A stretch of DNA of 63,413 nucleotides, the filler included, from Pelomyxa schiedti (taxonomy: Eukaryota > Protista > Evosea): assembly GCA_020536535.1 (NCBI GenBank). It is 6 parts of 6 records of this genome, joined end to end, with 100 filler letters (N's around TTAATTAATTAA, not from the genome) between each part and the next. Parts side by side here need not be neighbours in the genome. Positions count along the whole stretch, not along the records: positions 19,360 to 42,518 come from JAHLWZ010001059.1; positions 42,619 to 59,904 come from JAHLWZ010001132.1; 4 more parts are not named here. The stretch is one strand, 5' to 3'. Position 1 is the stretch's first letter; each line of letters begins with the position of its first letter. The notes beneath the pieces were generated by a model. That model saw only the letters and a list, made by a program, of their open reading frames with translations, did no database searches and was not told the DNA's origin. Positions 35,415-48,684 of the stretch are shown here, piece by piece. A program made the translations under genes and the position numbers.

Positions 35415-38400
35415 TTATTCTGTTTGAAATGTAAATAAAAGCCCATTGAGAAGGAGACATACCAGTGAGAATCCTACAGGGACATCTGTGTCATCACGCA
35501 CAGTGCGGACTTTAAGGAACCCCGAGTCCCAATCGGGGAGTTCCTGCAGTGCTTCTATGACCCTTTCAGTTGAATAGAAGCCGTGATATAGGGTTCTGGT
35601 CTCTTCGGGTGTTGTTCCCTTGAGCTGATGGCCCCATGTCACGCACTCTATTCCATTCACAACAAGTACATGTCCTTGGTCCAAGACGAGGTTATAAACC
35701 ACTCCACTGGAATTAGGAATTTCGTGGACATCGTCGAGCTTGCCTACCAGCTCTCGTGGTGTAGTCCAGATTCCGTTTATTCTAACGGGATGTCCGGGTG
35801 TGATGCACAGGCCTCCTGGGAAAGATACCAGGTTTTTGTTTGGCCGGCTCAGTTCCACAAGGCACACCACTTTGGCCACCTTTCCGCCGCTTATCTCCAC
35901 TTGGTCTCCTTTCGCCAGCTCACTTATAGGAACATCTCCTGTGCCGCGTAAATGGACGAGGCACTTGCCCGCGAAGCAGCCACCACCTCCACCGCCATAG
36001 TATGCTTCCATGACTGGTGGTGTGGGCTCGCGTGGTGGAGGAGAGGGAGCTTTCGGAGGCACGTAAGCGGCAGCTTTTGCAGGGGTGGGTGCGAACGCTG
36101 GTGTTGGTGTCGGTGGAAGCTTCGGGATTGGTTGAGGAGTGGGTATGGTGTTAGGGGTAACTGGAGTCTTGCCTGATGACTTGACTGTGGCTGTGGGAGG
36201 AGGTAGTGAGATGAAAATCTTGCCGCCTGATTCAGATTTCTGCCTGAATAGTGTGCCACCATACAGCTGGAGCCCAGGATCAAGCATGTTGGTGCATATT
36301 TCAAGTTGATGAGCACGAACTAGTGCGCGTAGGTAATGTTTTCCCCATCGGTTGTAACGAGCATTATCATTGACGGCTTTGGTCATTCTTCCACTTACAT
36401 CAACATAGATTGCTTCAGCAAGAGGACTATTTGCAGCAGGGGCAGACTGAGCAACGGACCTCTCCAGAGAGGACATATCTTGCTTGTATGAACCGGTGTT
36501 AATAAATTTACGAACGGAATCAATAACTGTGCATCGGATGTCTGCAAACATGGAGTCTGGTGTGGGTTGATAGGACGTCCCCGTGGCTGCAACACGCACC
36601 TCCTTTCCTTGTGAATTAGTCCAAACAAGAACTGCCTCTAGGTACTCTCCCTCTCCGCTGGTTGGGAGATAAAGAGGAGCTACAACGTGCTTCACTTGTC
36701 CAAGATGTAGAGCTCCCAGATTCGCAACCCTTCCCCATGTTGCATCCTTCACTAATACTCCCCCTTTTACAGGCCCTGCAAACTTGGAACCTCCTTTTAG
36801 CATTAAGTGAAGCATAGCTTGTTGTGTCAGCGTGGTAATAGAATTTGCAACGCAATTGACAATGCAGGTCCCGATCAACTTTGCGTCTGGGATGAATGCA
36901 AAGCTACCGTTTCCTTCCTCAGCAAGTGCCGTAAGTAACTGGCTGTCTAAGTTGTAGCCAACCCCGAAAATATTGATCTGAAACTTGAAATCGGGGTGTG
37001 ACTCCATATACCGCTTCAACTCTGGAATATGGCCCCGAGGAGGGTTGACATTTGGTTGGCCATCAGTGAGAAGAAGCAGGAACTGTTTGCGCGGGACAGT
37101 GCTTCCTTTAATTTCAGGGCCTGTACGGAGAGAGTCCATGCCCTTTTGTAGGCCTGCCCAGAGGTTTGTAGAGTCTAGGGGTATAAGTTTTGATACAGCA
37201 GCGAAAGCTGCTTCTCTTCCCGTAGAGTCAAGTTGAGTGAGGGGAAGAACTGTCCTGGCTGTGTCATCAAAAGTCACAACAGAAAGTCGATCCTCATCTC
37301 CAAGGAGGTGCACAATAGTGGACACACTATGCTTCACAATATCAAGAACTGTAAGGCCGTCGTCACGAATCACAGTGCCGTTATCATCACGATAAGTCAC
37401 CTCGGTACCCATGGACCCACTTACATCTACACAGCAGCAAATATCAACAGGAACCCGTTGGCAAACATCAGGCACTCGGATAGTTATAGCAACAGGTGTT
37501 TCACGCACAAAATGTTGAGGAAGGTTTCCACTTGGTGCAATCTCGATTGCTACTAAGTCTTCAGACTTTACTTCATCTTCCAAGGGAACACCAGTAACTT
37601 CATCACCCCAACCATCGTCCTCCGCAGTGGCAGTTGTTTTACGGCTCATATCAACATCAGCCATATCTAGTCCCTAGCAAAGTTTCAGTGTCATTTTTCA
37701 ATGAAATCTAAGAATACTGACCTTTGGTGCCTCTGCCTCCTCAGTATCTACAACTCCACAGCTGTAAACTTGAATGAGCCCGGAAATGTGAGACCGGCAA
37801 ATAGGACACTGCGGATTCGCGGAATTCTGCACGGCCGTCAAGCACGGCTTGCACCCACACTGGTGCCCACATGGAACCACCAAGAAATCAGCATTAGCAG
37901 TCAAGCACACCGCACACTTCCCCTGCTTCGGGGTTGACTTGGCAGGAGTAGTGGTGGTGGTAGCAGTAGTACTAGCAGCAGCAGGAGTAGCAGGAGCAGT
38001 AGCGGTAGTAGTAACAACAATAGGCTCGTTAAGAAGAGCCAGCAAATCGCGGAACACAGTGTCCATGTTGCGCTGGGCGTTGAGGGCCTGGACGCGGCCG
38101 CCAAAGCACGGGACGATGAGGCCCAGCTGGGCGTGGAACGCGCGGATGCGCTGGCGCGCGGCGGCCTCGTCGAGGTCGCAGGCGCGGCGGACCAGGCGGT
38201 CGCGGGGCACCGCGGCGGGCGGCGGCGCGTAGCGGTCGTGGTAGATGGCTCCGGTGCGCGAGTCGGTCCAGCGGCCCAGCATGTTGGCGACGCACTGCGC
38301 GTCGGCCATCTGGAACACGACGGCGCGCTCCACCGCGACGTGGCGCAGGAGCTCCTGGGCCTGGCTGACCGTGCGGGGGAAGCCGTCCAGCAGCGCGCCC

Positions 38401-38740
38401 TTGGAGGCGCAGTCGGGCTCCGCCAGGCGGTCCTTGATCAGCTGGACCACGAGGTCGTCGGGGACAAAGTCGCCGGCGTTGACGAACGGCGCAACCTTGG
38501 CGCCGAGGGGGGTGTTGCGAGCGACGGCGTCGCGGAAAATGTCACCGGTGGAAACGTGGACGAGGCTACGGTAAGAACAAAGTAGTGAGTTTTTTCGTCG
38601 GGTGGGCGGCCATATGTTTTTTGTTTGTAATAAAAACGTTTGTGGTACCCTAGTTTCAGACTGAGTTTGTGGCATTGGGTGCCTTTGCCGGAACCTGGGG
38701 GACCAAGAATCACAATAACTCGTGCTGGTGTCGTTGCCAT
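35415..38740 (-). CDS. Adenylate kinase-RING-vWA-Vwaint-Hint(Vint) fusion protein (3 exons)
   Basis: GPPGSGKGTQ, STGDIFR, LDGFPRT; C3HC4 RING CAVC..PCGH..CKPC..CPIC; VDVSGSM, LLTDGQP; RWGKHYLRAL..DPGLQLYG; Hint GG-CFAG..ITPGHPV..VYNLVL..NGIECVTWGH; in-frame GT-AG introns 38648-38566 and 37721-37674. Confidence 0.85.
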
Positions 38741-39028
38741 TCAACTTTTCTGCTTTTTTTTTGTTGGTTTTTTCCTTTGTTGATTTCAGCGGCGGAAACC
38801 AACGTTCTTGGCTTTTTCTCAGACCGGTGTAGGATTGAACCGTGCCCAATTAGCAAAAAGATCGCTCCTAGGCACACCGTGAGTATTGCTCCTTCTGAGT
38901 ATTCTCAATACCCAATGTGTCTACGAACTCCAGAGCGCTTTCTTCACCCTTTTCTTTTCTCAATAGTTTTTCCAGTTGGTGCCTACTTGTGGGACCCGGG
39001 TGGTGTGGAGGTGTTCACAGACGAGGGG

Positions 39029-39870
39029 ATGTCATCACCAGATTCGTTGCTCGTGGGGCTCGCGTCCAGTAACACCCTCAGGGTGTTGGACCTCCTCCGG
39101 AGCCCACAGCCGCCTCCCATAACCAGAGTCCACATCCTCGCCTGCTGCACCAAGCACGGCTCCAAAGACCTCCTCTCCATTCTCCTCCAGCACCTCGACC
39201 GACCCACGAGTCCCCCCGGCCCTGGACTCCCTTCTCAACTCCCCCGGCAGCCCCAGCGGGGACCCCACCCCGCTCTTAGCGGCCTGCCTGAGCCGCCGCA
39301 GCGACCTCGCCCGCCTGCTGCTGGACTACGGCGCGGACCCGGCGGCCCCCAGGCACTCCCGCTGCACGGTGCCGGCGACCCTGAAGGAGTGCGTGCCGCT
39401 GTGGCTGGTCTGCAGCTCCCCGGAGCTCGGGGACGGCCCGCTGCGGGATCCCATAATGGACGCGATGGCGAGGAGGTTCACGTCCGAGCCGTGGCAGTAC
39501 TACGGGTGGCCTTATTACCAGCAGCCCGGTGTCAGGGGTGCGCCTTTGGAACTCACCCCCGCTGTATCGTTCTTGTGTGGCTGGCACCCCCGCGCTGGTG
39601 TGTGCGTTCTTCTATTATGGGACATTTTTGTGCCTCCAGGGTTTTTACACTGAGTTGTTGGACTTTTTAGGCAGCAAGTCTGTACTGTCACTGTGTGGAA
39701 TACCTTATTTTATTGCTCAAGAGGTGCTGACATGCAAATTCACTTGTAGTTATTGTGGCACAGTGGTGATGATAGCACACTGTGCTGTTCCATGGCACCT
39801 GGTATGCGAAATGCCTTTAAACTGGATAATGCTGAACAAAACAAACAAAAAAAAAGAACCCAGCAAATAG
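39029..39870 (+). CDS. Ankyrin-repeat protein with a C-terminal HPRAG motif; 1-nt frameshift at a C6 run
   Basis: TPLLAACLSRRSDLARLLLDYGADP; SFLCGWHPRAG, intron 39598-39670, SKSVL; frame changes at CCCCCC 39212-17; 3' end uncertain. Confidence 0.6.
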
Positions 39871-41526
39871 TGAGCTTTATTGGAAATTTAAAAGGTATTA
39901 CTGTTGTAAAACATATGAATCCAAGGGATGCAGGCTCTGTTACCATTCATGAGTTGTAGCACAGCCTGCATCCCTGGATAAAATAGAGCCACGATGATGT
40001 GAATCCACTGTGTCATTTGCGGGATGTGGGATGTCAGAGAGTAAAACCTTCCTATTTTATTTACTAGTAGAATTTCTGTTTGGAGCTTGGCTGAACAATG
40101 GAGTGGCTTGGTGGTTTGTTGTCTTTTCACATTTCAAGAACCAGTGTTCTTCAGTTGAAGAATACAAGTGCACAAGTAAGACTTGAGGGACTCAAGATGG
40201 TCCCTTTGTGCAAGATTTGGAAGCACAAGAGGACTGTTGTTCAACTGGGGAAATACTGGAAGGTTGGTTCCTGGTTTGTTTGATTGTTCCCATGCTTCCT
40301 GACAGACTTGAAGTAAAGCACTTTTTTGCTCCTCTGTCTGTGGTGGAGCCTGGTTCAAGAATATCCCAATCAACAATGACATGCACTTGAAGCTTAATAA
40401 AGAGTGAGAAAAGCTTTTCAATTTGCAAGTGAAACAAACAAAATTGGTGCATAAACTGAATCCTGGAAGTATAAAGAAATTTTTGCACAGTCCTGAAAGT
40501 ACTCTGCTAGGTGCAGCAGCCTCTTGTTCCCTTCCTGAATTGGAAGTTATTCAACAAGAAGACATGCAAATGGTGCACACCGTGTCAAATGGGGTAAGGG
40601 TAAAGAGGAACATCAGAGAAGCACATAAATAAGAAAGAAGACAGCTTTTCTCGTGCTTCTACCAGTTTATGTGAGATAAAAGTACTTCCAAAGTATTCAT
40701 TCCTACCTTTCTTGCAACATCTCCCTTATGCTTGAAATGCAAAGCACATTGTGTCCTGTTGTTTTAAGGGAAAAAAAGTTGGTAAACTTTCAGAATGAGG
40801 CAATACACACATGGACGATGGATCAGAACTTGAGGCAGTAAACGTGGTGAGTGAGGCCTCAGGAGGTTCTTCACCCGAAAAGGAGGAAGAGGAAGTAAAA
40901 GATACAGAGGAGGAAGGCGAAGGAGAAGGAGGTGATGGCAGAGGTGGCATTCCAGCACCACTCAGAGGAACTGGTTCCGAGTTTGAACTCATTATTGCAC
41001 CAAGTACATGTTCGAGAGAATCCGGCAAAGGGAGCCCCACGCTCTGCGCACTCGGCTCATCGTCCTTGTTGTTCTGAGTACTCAATTCCGCCACGCTTTG
41101 GGGTCCGTTCCCAGGCTGATTCACAAGTACGGTGGTATGCCCAGGAACCCCGGCGTCGCCATTGGGCACCGTTTCGTTTCCCGGGGGGTTTTTGTCGGTG
41201 CATTCGGTCGCGTCGCGGCCGGGGCCGTAACCAGAAGCCGACGTCGTCGCGTCGCGTGCGGCTCGGTCCGCCGTAGTAGCAGCGGCGCATGTGCCATAAT
41301 GCTGTTGTGTCTGCTGCTGTGGGGGTTGTGGTTGTGGGCGGTCTGCACCGTGAATACGACGGTGCGGGAGGTGGCGGTGCTGGGAGCCGCTGTCCCTGCT
41401 ATACGTTCGGGTGGAACAAGAGACTTGTGGGATGTAGGCACCTGGGTCGGACGACCCCGACGCCGGGAAGACACCGTGCCACGGGTCGCCATCGACAACC
41501 GACTTGAGCCTCGTTCCCGGTTGCAT
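39740..41526 (-). CDS. Hypothetical multi-exon protein with a low-complexity N-terminal exon
   Basis: 266-aa ORF from ATG 41526, then plausible GT-AG-bounded exons (EGNKRLLHLAEYFQD; APPQTEEQKSALLQVCQEAWEQ). Confidence 0.4.
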
Positions 41527-42012
41527 TAGGGTTGAAAAACGAAAAAGGAATTGGAAAAGATGTTCCTCCGAATTGCTCCCACTTAGGATTGATTCCTTAG
41601 CAGGTTAAGAGCTGAACATAAAAAGGAAGCTCCCTCCAAAGAGACACATTGCGTTCTTCCCGCGAAAGTTGGATTTGCCCTCCCCACCATCGCCACCATG
41701 TGGAATCCCATCCCATCTCATCATGATCACGAGTGAGATTTGGCCAGTGTAGTAGTGTGGCATGGAAGGGCTAATGAACAACTCTCAGGAGGAAGATATT
41801 CGCAGGTGACTCGTCTCGACAGATTCCTCCCGACCCACAAGCAGAAGGGTTCGCTTTTGCTGTTGGCTCTTATCCCAATCCTCTTTCTCCAACAACACAA
41901 CAACAGAGGTGCAGTGTGGTGCCAAGTCTCAGTGATTTGAGATATTATCAGACAGATGATATATCAAATTCACATTCTTGAGCAATCAAACCCAGCCCTG
42001 CCTCGTGCTGTT

Positions 42013-42058
42013 ACTGCATGACTGCATGACTGCATGACTGCATGACTGCATGACTGCA
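42013..42058. repeat. Octamer tandem repeat (ACTGCATG) x about 5.75
   Basis: Seen directly, perfect copies. Confidence 0.95.
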
Positions 42059-42518
42059 ACCGAAATAGGTAGTTCTTCTCAAGTCCGCCGCAAAAGGTAA
42101 TACATTACAATTGCCGGGTACGGAGTGGGAGCTGCAAAGAGTATAAGAAATTTTAAATTTACACAGCAAGTGGTGCACATACCAAAAGTAGGTAGGTAGT
42201 TCCAGTTCAGTTCTTCTTCAGTCTCAATGTAGTAAGTCCGCACAACAAAAAGTTCAGAGAGCAAGCAGAGTTGTCAAGATACAACACCAAATACCAAGTC
42301 AATGGGGGGTATGGGGCTCTGCAAAAAGTATAAGAAGGAAGAAATTTTACACATTACATACCGCACTGCTGCTGCTGCTGCTGGTGCTTGCTGATGATGA
42401 AAAAGTGAATCACACAACATCCCAAGAGGCCAAGTATCGTGACACAAGTACACAATGACGAGACTGACCACAGTGTGACCCAACCAAAACGCGGAGCCCC
42501 ACAAAAATGCACCACAAC

Positions 42519-42618
42519 NNNNNNNNNNNNNNNNNNNNNNNNNNNNNNNNNNNNNNNNNNNNTTAATTAATTAANNNNNNNNNNNNNNNNNNNNNNNNNN
42601 NNNNNNNNNNNNNNNNNN
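42519..42618. other. Assembly spacer
   Basis: 44 N + TTAATTAATTAA (42563-74) + 44 N. Confidence 0.99.
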
Positions 42619-43049
42619 CCCCCCCCCCCCCCCCCCCCCCCCCCCACCTTCGAAAAATTCGAAGTTTTAGACTGGAAACAGAGCCCCAACAGAAGGAGCT
42701 TCCATAGAGCCAGGCAATTCCACATTGGATATGTGGTGGGTGCCAACTGGATTTACAGGTGTTGCCTGCGCTGCTGTGGAACCAAGAGTGCCTCACGGCG
42801 CCCAGGGTGGGTGCTCTGGGATAGGGAGATTGAACGGGGCCTCTTCGGAAGGCCTGAGTACCCAGTCCTCGGCCCACGCCCTGAACGACGACCGGCCCAC
42901 GCCCCGGTCGTCGTCTGTATCCAGTTCAACATCTAAGGAGGCGGCGGACCACGACTTCCTAGTGACAGTTCCGCGTGGTCGATAACGATAAAAGGACGGT
43001 AGCATTTTCTGGGAAAATTTTTTTTTTCCCTTTGAATCGGTGAAAAGAA

Positions 43050-45696
43050 ATGTCAGGAGGCGAGAGCGACGACGATAAATACACACACGATAACGACAAC
43101 GTTCCATTCCTCCACAACCACGACCACCAATTCGACAGTTTGCGACAGCAGATAGGACTCGTGTGGGATCAAACTGAGGCCATACAAGAGATGCTCTACG
43201 AACATAGCAAGCACCTCGCTACGTCACAGCCCTTTGCAGATCGCAAAGCTGAAATCGAACACGAAGCACTGATTTTATGCCACGATGAATTCACCAGGAG
43301 TACCGTACGAAAAATGGAAGAGCATCGACACCAAATAGAGGCCTCGGTTCTGTCGATTCTCGATCCCACAATTGGGTGTGAACGCGGCCCGTCTTATCGC
43401 ACTGCGTGCGCCGTAGTCGAAAACTTCTGGGCGTACATGCGCGATATCGGCAAAAGCCCTGAGTTCCTGCTGCAGAAAAAGGAGATTGTGGGAGTGGCTG
43501 TGACTGATGGAATGAGCTACGGTCACAGGAGACACTTCGACTTGGTGGCTTGCGCCTGTGCGCAGCAGATAGCAGATTCGTACATTTCCGAGTTCGAGGT
43601 GCTGGATGACATGGTTACTGTGTACATTGGCCCGTTCTTTGGCAGATTGTTTGAGATGGCTTCTAGGGACCCAGTACAGGGCCCAGATTTGAGCGCTATC
43701 TATGAATCAATACACATTCTGAAGAGGCTTATGTGGGTTCCAAATTGCAGGAACTTGTTCGCTGCATTCACAAACCAACTTTGCATTCTGGTAAAGAAGG
43801 TACCAGCCCATGTGCAGCAAGAAATTCTCACATCTTGCGTCAACCTTGTTCCAGTTTTTCCACAGTTAGTTCGTGGCCTATTCGACGCCTACACTTCGAA
43901 GCTGGACCAATGTAGAGCCACTGACGCAGGAGACTTGGAGGATATTCTTTCCTGGGTGGATAAGTGGCACATGTTGCCACTTACTGCCTCCAATGACGTT
44001 GTGGAGTTCCTCAGGCAGGGCAACATCACCACTCGCATCATCAGCAGTGTTCTCGGTCTTTGGAAAAGGTTTTCCATGCACCAAGTCAGCATTGATTGGA
44101 TTGAATCGCTTGTTGGGCGGGTGCTTTCCACGTTGAACATGCTCTGCCATGTTGATCCACATGGGGGTCACAAGCTGGTTCTCCAGTTCGTCGAGGACAA
44201 CATTGAAAGAAGCAACCTGATTCTCCAGTCCGTTTCTGTGTTGGTGCTCATCCCAGTGATTGTGACAGGAGGAACTATTGAAGAGAACCTCTTGATGAAG
44301 GCCTTTACGGTTGCTGGTGGTGATGGTGCACCACCAATTCTCGAGGTTATGTTCTCATTGAAGCAAGCGTTTCACATGTTGAGCTCCACAAAGTCAATCG
44401 AACTTTTGTTTGAGAAAGCACTGGAGAGGCACAGAAAAGGGAGTGACGGGTTACTATTTCAGATGCTGAAGTTCTGTGCTGCCCGAATCAAAGGCCTTCC
44501 TCGTTTTCCAAACGTTGTCCTAGACTTCATTTCCAGTCAGAACAATCAAAATCAAGAAGCAGAAACACGAGTACCAAGAAAACGACCACTGGGGGAAAGG
44601 ATAAGCTGGGGTCTCAAGGAACTTCAGATTAACTCCAGGGACCTGAATTCAGCTTTCAGGCACAACATACGGCTGGAAGTGACAGTGACCACGACTTATT
44701 TGGATACAGGCTGTGTCAACACCTGGATTACGTTGCTGGCGGCGTCATTATACTTCACTGGCGCCCCCTCACACTTTCTATCATTGCTGGAGAAGGGCTG
44801 CTATCAATCACAAGAGATGATTGCGGAGAATCAGGACTCTGTGGCATCTTTTTTGAGCCATGTCCATGGCATTCATGCAGGAAATACTCCAGAAGTGCCG
44901 AAGTGCATTAAATAACTTAGAACCATTGTTGAAAGCACTGGTGATAAGTGAACTCCAGCCACTTGTTCCATCAGAGCCAAGGAAACTTCCTCGTGCACTT
45001 TGTTCTGATGATAGTGCCAAGGGATTTGGAGAACAAATTAACAAGCTAGTCAAGTACCCCACATTCAATGACAGTTTTGGCACGGCTCTGGCGTGGTTGG
45101 TATCTGTGGCAGATCAACATTCAAATGACGAGGACGTGAAGACCCTCTGCATGTTGTGGCCAGTAGGTCCAGAAAAATTCGTCTTCGAGTTCGACAGTCC
45201 TGCTGTGGAGTTTACCGTTATGGAGTGGGCAGTAAGCTGGGGAAAAGCAGGGCTTATTCACCAGCTTCTCCCATTCTGTGAACCAGGACAGATTCCCTCC
45301 AGCCTCATTCTCGACGCAGTTGGACGTGGCTACCGTGACATCGCGGAGCTGCTGCTGTTCCACGGTGTGTCCATTCCTGAGTCCTCACTGAGTGACGGGG
45401 ACACACTGAACATCAAAGGAGAGCTGGTTGATGCACATCACCCGAGTGTGTGGCGGTTCTTCGACCACACACCAACGTGGGACCCACAACGGCACCGGCT
45501 GTTCCCGTGGTGGTTCAAGGTACACATCCTCAGGACTGTTCTCCTCTGTTGGCTGCGCAACGCCAATGTTCAGTCGTCATCACCATTAGGGCCCACTGTA
45601 CATCAACAACAACAAAAACCACATTTTATTGGGAGGCTATCACAGTCCACTGTCCACCTCATCCTTTCTTTCCTTTCCCCTGTGAATTGGTTCTAG
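43050..45696 (+). CDS. Intronless helical-repeat/ankyrin-like protein, tandem copy A (one apparent frameshift near 44858)
   Basis: 621-aa and 278-aa overlapping ORFs; removing one C at 44858-59 fuses them (SFLS-MSMAFMQEIL); ankyrin-like LILDAVGRGYRDIAELLLFHG. Confidence 0.7.
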
Positions 45697-45989
45697 TAGC
45701 AAACAACACCTGAGTTCTTTTTTCCGCATTGGAAACCGGCTCTGTCCTGTATGCTTTTTTTTTTGTCTTTATCCCAAAGTATTTACACTCAATGAGTTTG
45801 GAGAACAGACTGAAGCCGTTAATTCGTACTTTAAGTACAATGCATGTGCTTGTGAATGTTGCCCTTCACTTTCGTGGTATATTCCTGGGTAATGTTAACC
45901 ACAGGAAGTAAAGCAAAGTTGGCTTACGTGAAGCTTGAAGGCGAAGACGGCGACATAGAACACGCTGCCGACATCTACGCTGGAGGCAG

Positions 45990-48684
45990 ATGCGCGACAC
46001 CACCAACGGCAAGCTGGCCATCCTCAAGTCCCAGCTCCGCTCTATGACGGCGGCCGAAGAATCCGCCGCTGTCGCGAATGGAGCAGCACCATCGATTACG
46101 CCTGGGGAAAGGGTCGCCAAACGATTGGCCACGCTGTCTGCGGTCTGCGACGTGCTGAAGAATGCAACAACAACACAAGCTTATGCAGAAAAAACGACAG
46201 GTGGGGAACGAGAGGGTGCATCAACCACATGTTCAACTGTACCAGGGGGCCACAAGGGTTACGAGGGGAACGAGGAAGATGCATGCGGAATTCTAAGCGT
46301 TGCGATTTCGGAGATGCAGATGCGCTCAGATGAAATATCGGCGTGGCTGCCAAAACTTCAGACCCAAGTGGAGCGCAACGTGCGATCCATGCTAAATACT
46401 CCTCCTCCTGGCGCAGATTATAGTCCCACCGAAGTAGTCACTGACTTCTGGAAGTTCATGAGGGCTACCGGATACAGTGCTGAGGAGATATTTACTGTGT
46501 GGCACCAGAAGCCCGAGATCGCGGGAGTGGGTGTGACCACAGGCATGAGCAAGGAGCACAGGCATTACTACAACATGTTGGCCTGTGCGTGTGTGAATAG
46601 AATTGGAGAGTTGTTCATCTCGGAGTTTGAGGAGTTGAACAACTTGGTTCCTATCGGAGTAGGGCCTTTCTTTGGCAGGCTATTTGAGATTACTTCCCCC
46701 AGGCAGATCGACTCCAAGGATGTTGACGATCCAGACGAGTCGGACACCTCTGACTTTTCCAAAACCTACCTCAGAGATGTTTCAGTGGCAATTACCGTTC
46801 TGAAGAGGTTGATGTGGGTTCCGAACTGCAGGCACTTGTTCGTTCCATTTGCAAGCCAATTGCAAGTTCTGCTCAGCATGGTATCATACCCTAATGATGG
46901 GGAACTTCTCACATGTTGTGTTAACCTCGGGCCACTGCTGCCAGAGATAGCTTGTAAGCTCTGTGATACCTTCGTATCCAAGCTGGCTGAAGGTCAAGAA
47001 AAATCGTTGGACTCAAACGACCCGTTACTTCTTTGTTGGGTGGATGGGTGGGATGTACTTCCCAGAGTCTCAAAGGATGTTGTTGAATTCCTCCGGCAGC
47101 ACAATGTCACAGGCCGTGTTATTGGTGGGTTTCTCCAATTTTGTGAAAGCTTTGGTTTGCAGGAAGTTTTCTTTGAGAATATCCCTTGGCTCACAAGTAA
47201 AGTTATTTCCAGGGTGACAAAGCTGTGTTCTGTTGATCCAGTGAATGCACACAAGGCGATTGTCCAGTTTGTGGAGGATCACATTGGAAGTGACAAGTTG
47301 CTTCTGAAGGCCGTTTCTGCCTTGCTGATCATCCCTGTGATTGTCACAGGCGGTTCCATCGATGATAACATCGTTATGAATGCCATCACACTTGCCACTG
47401 CTGATGATTCACCGCCACACCTCGATATTCTGCTCAGTGTCAAGCAGCTGTATAGCGAGTTGAGTTCCAGCTCAATTGTGTCTTTGCTGGAGACAGCAAT
47501 GAAAACACATACAACCAGAGGTCAGGGATTGATGTTTCACATGTTGAAGTTCTGTGCTGATAGAATCAAAGGCCTTCCTCTTTTTTCAGTCGCTGCCATG
47601 CAATACATCACCCAATACAGGCAAGAAGCGCAAAATAGAGCAGCAAGAACAAAAGATGTGGGCGAAACTTCCTGGACTTTTTGCGATTTTGATTGCAAAG
47701 CCTACGTTGTCAAGTTTACCTCAGTTGACTGAAAATGAAACCGAGGATGACATCGTTGCGACTCTGTCATCTGCCGAAGTGAGAGACACAAAATCGGAAA
47801 ATCTGCATCGAAGTTGTCCTGACGACGAGCATTCCACGGAATCTTGTCAAATTCCCCAAATGCACTCTCATCTGCATCGTCGCGATAGCGCTTATTCTGA
47901 TGAATCAATAATGTGTCATAATGTCAGCCCTGTTTGCGACGAGGAGTACGAGCAGGAGGAAGTCATTGACTGCCAACTAATGGGGCAGCATATCCAGGTG
48001 CTTGAAATTTCGTCCACAAAGCTCGAGTCTATGGATAGGTGGTATCAGTCGCACTTTGGTATGAGCGTAAAATCTGACACTGTATCATTAAGCTTTACTT
48101 GCAGTTTTATGGTTCTGTTGACCTCAGAACACCCTGGCACAAGTATACAAACCCTCAGTTCTGGGGTTTTCACGTGTTTGTACTCTTTACTGCAGCAGTG
48201 CTGAATGTCATTTCCGTCTATGATTGAGGAGAACCAAGCTACTGTTGCGTGTCTTTGGAGTTCAACTGGCAGTGCCTCTGATAGAAGGGGACTCATAGAG
48301 GATATTTTTGAGTTTTTCCGCTATTGCACACGGCTTCCGTGACATTGCTGAATTGCTTTTGTACCATGGAGTGACCATTCCAGAATCGATACTAACAGAT
48401 GGGTGCACACTGAAAAGGCTTAAAAGAAAATCCCATTTGATGCCCATCACCCAAGTATGTGGTGGTTCTTCAACAACACACCAATGTGGGACCCACAGCG
48501 GCACCAAATGTTCCCATGGTGGTTCAAGGTACTACACATCCTCAGGACTGTTCTTCTCTGTTGGATCCACAACAGTTCATCCACAATTCCAGCAACTGAT
48601 CAGCAACCATTGTGTAGAGACTGCAGCTCATCAATTGGGGGGCTCTGCATTCTTTCATTCCTTTCCCCTGTTCATTGGTTCTGA
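45990..48684 (+). pseudogene. Tandem copy B of the same family, intact 5' part and disrupted 3' part
   Basis: Shares GPFFGRLFE, LKRLMWVPNCR, MLKFCA.RIKGLP, DAHHPS.W.FF..TP.WDPQRH..FPWWFKV with copy A; frameshifts, in-frame TGA 48202-04 and an internal deletion. Confidence 0.7.

Noticed and set aside
41700-42518. Minus-strand exon-like fragments (42079-42504)
   Set aside because: Could not assemble a consistent spliced ORF or recognise a family
42619-42647. Long poly-C tract
   Set aside because: Directly abuts an assembly gap; probably a low-quality contig end
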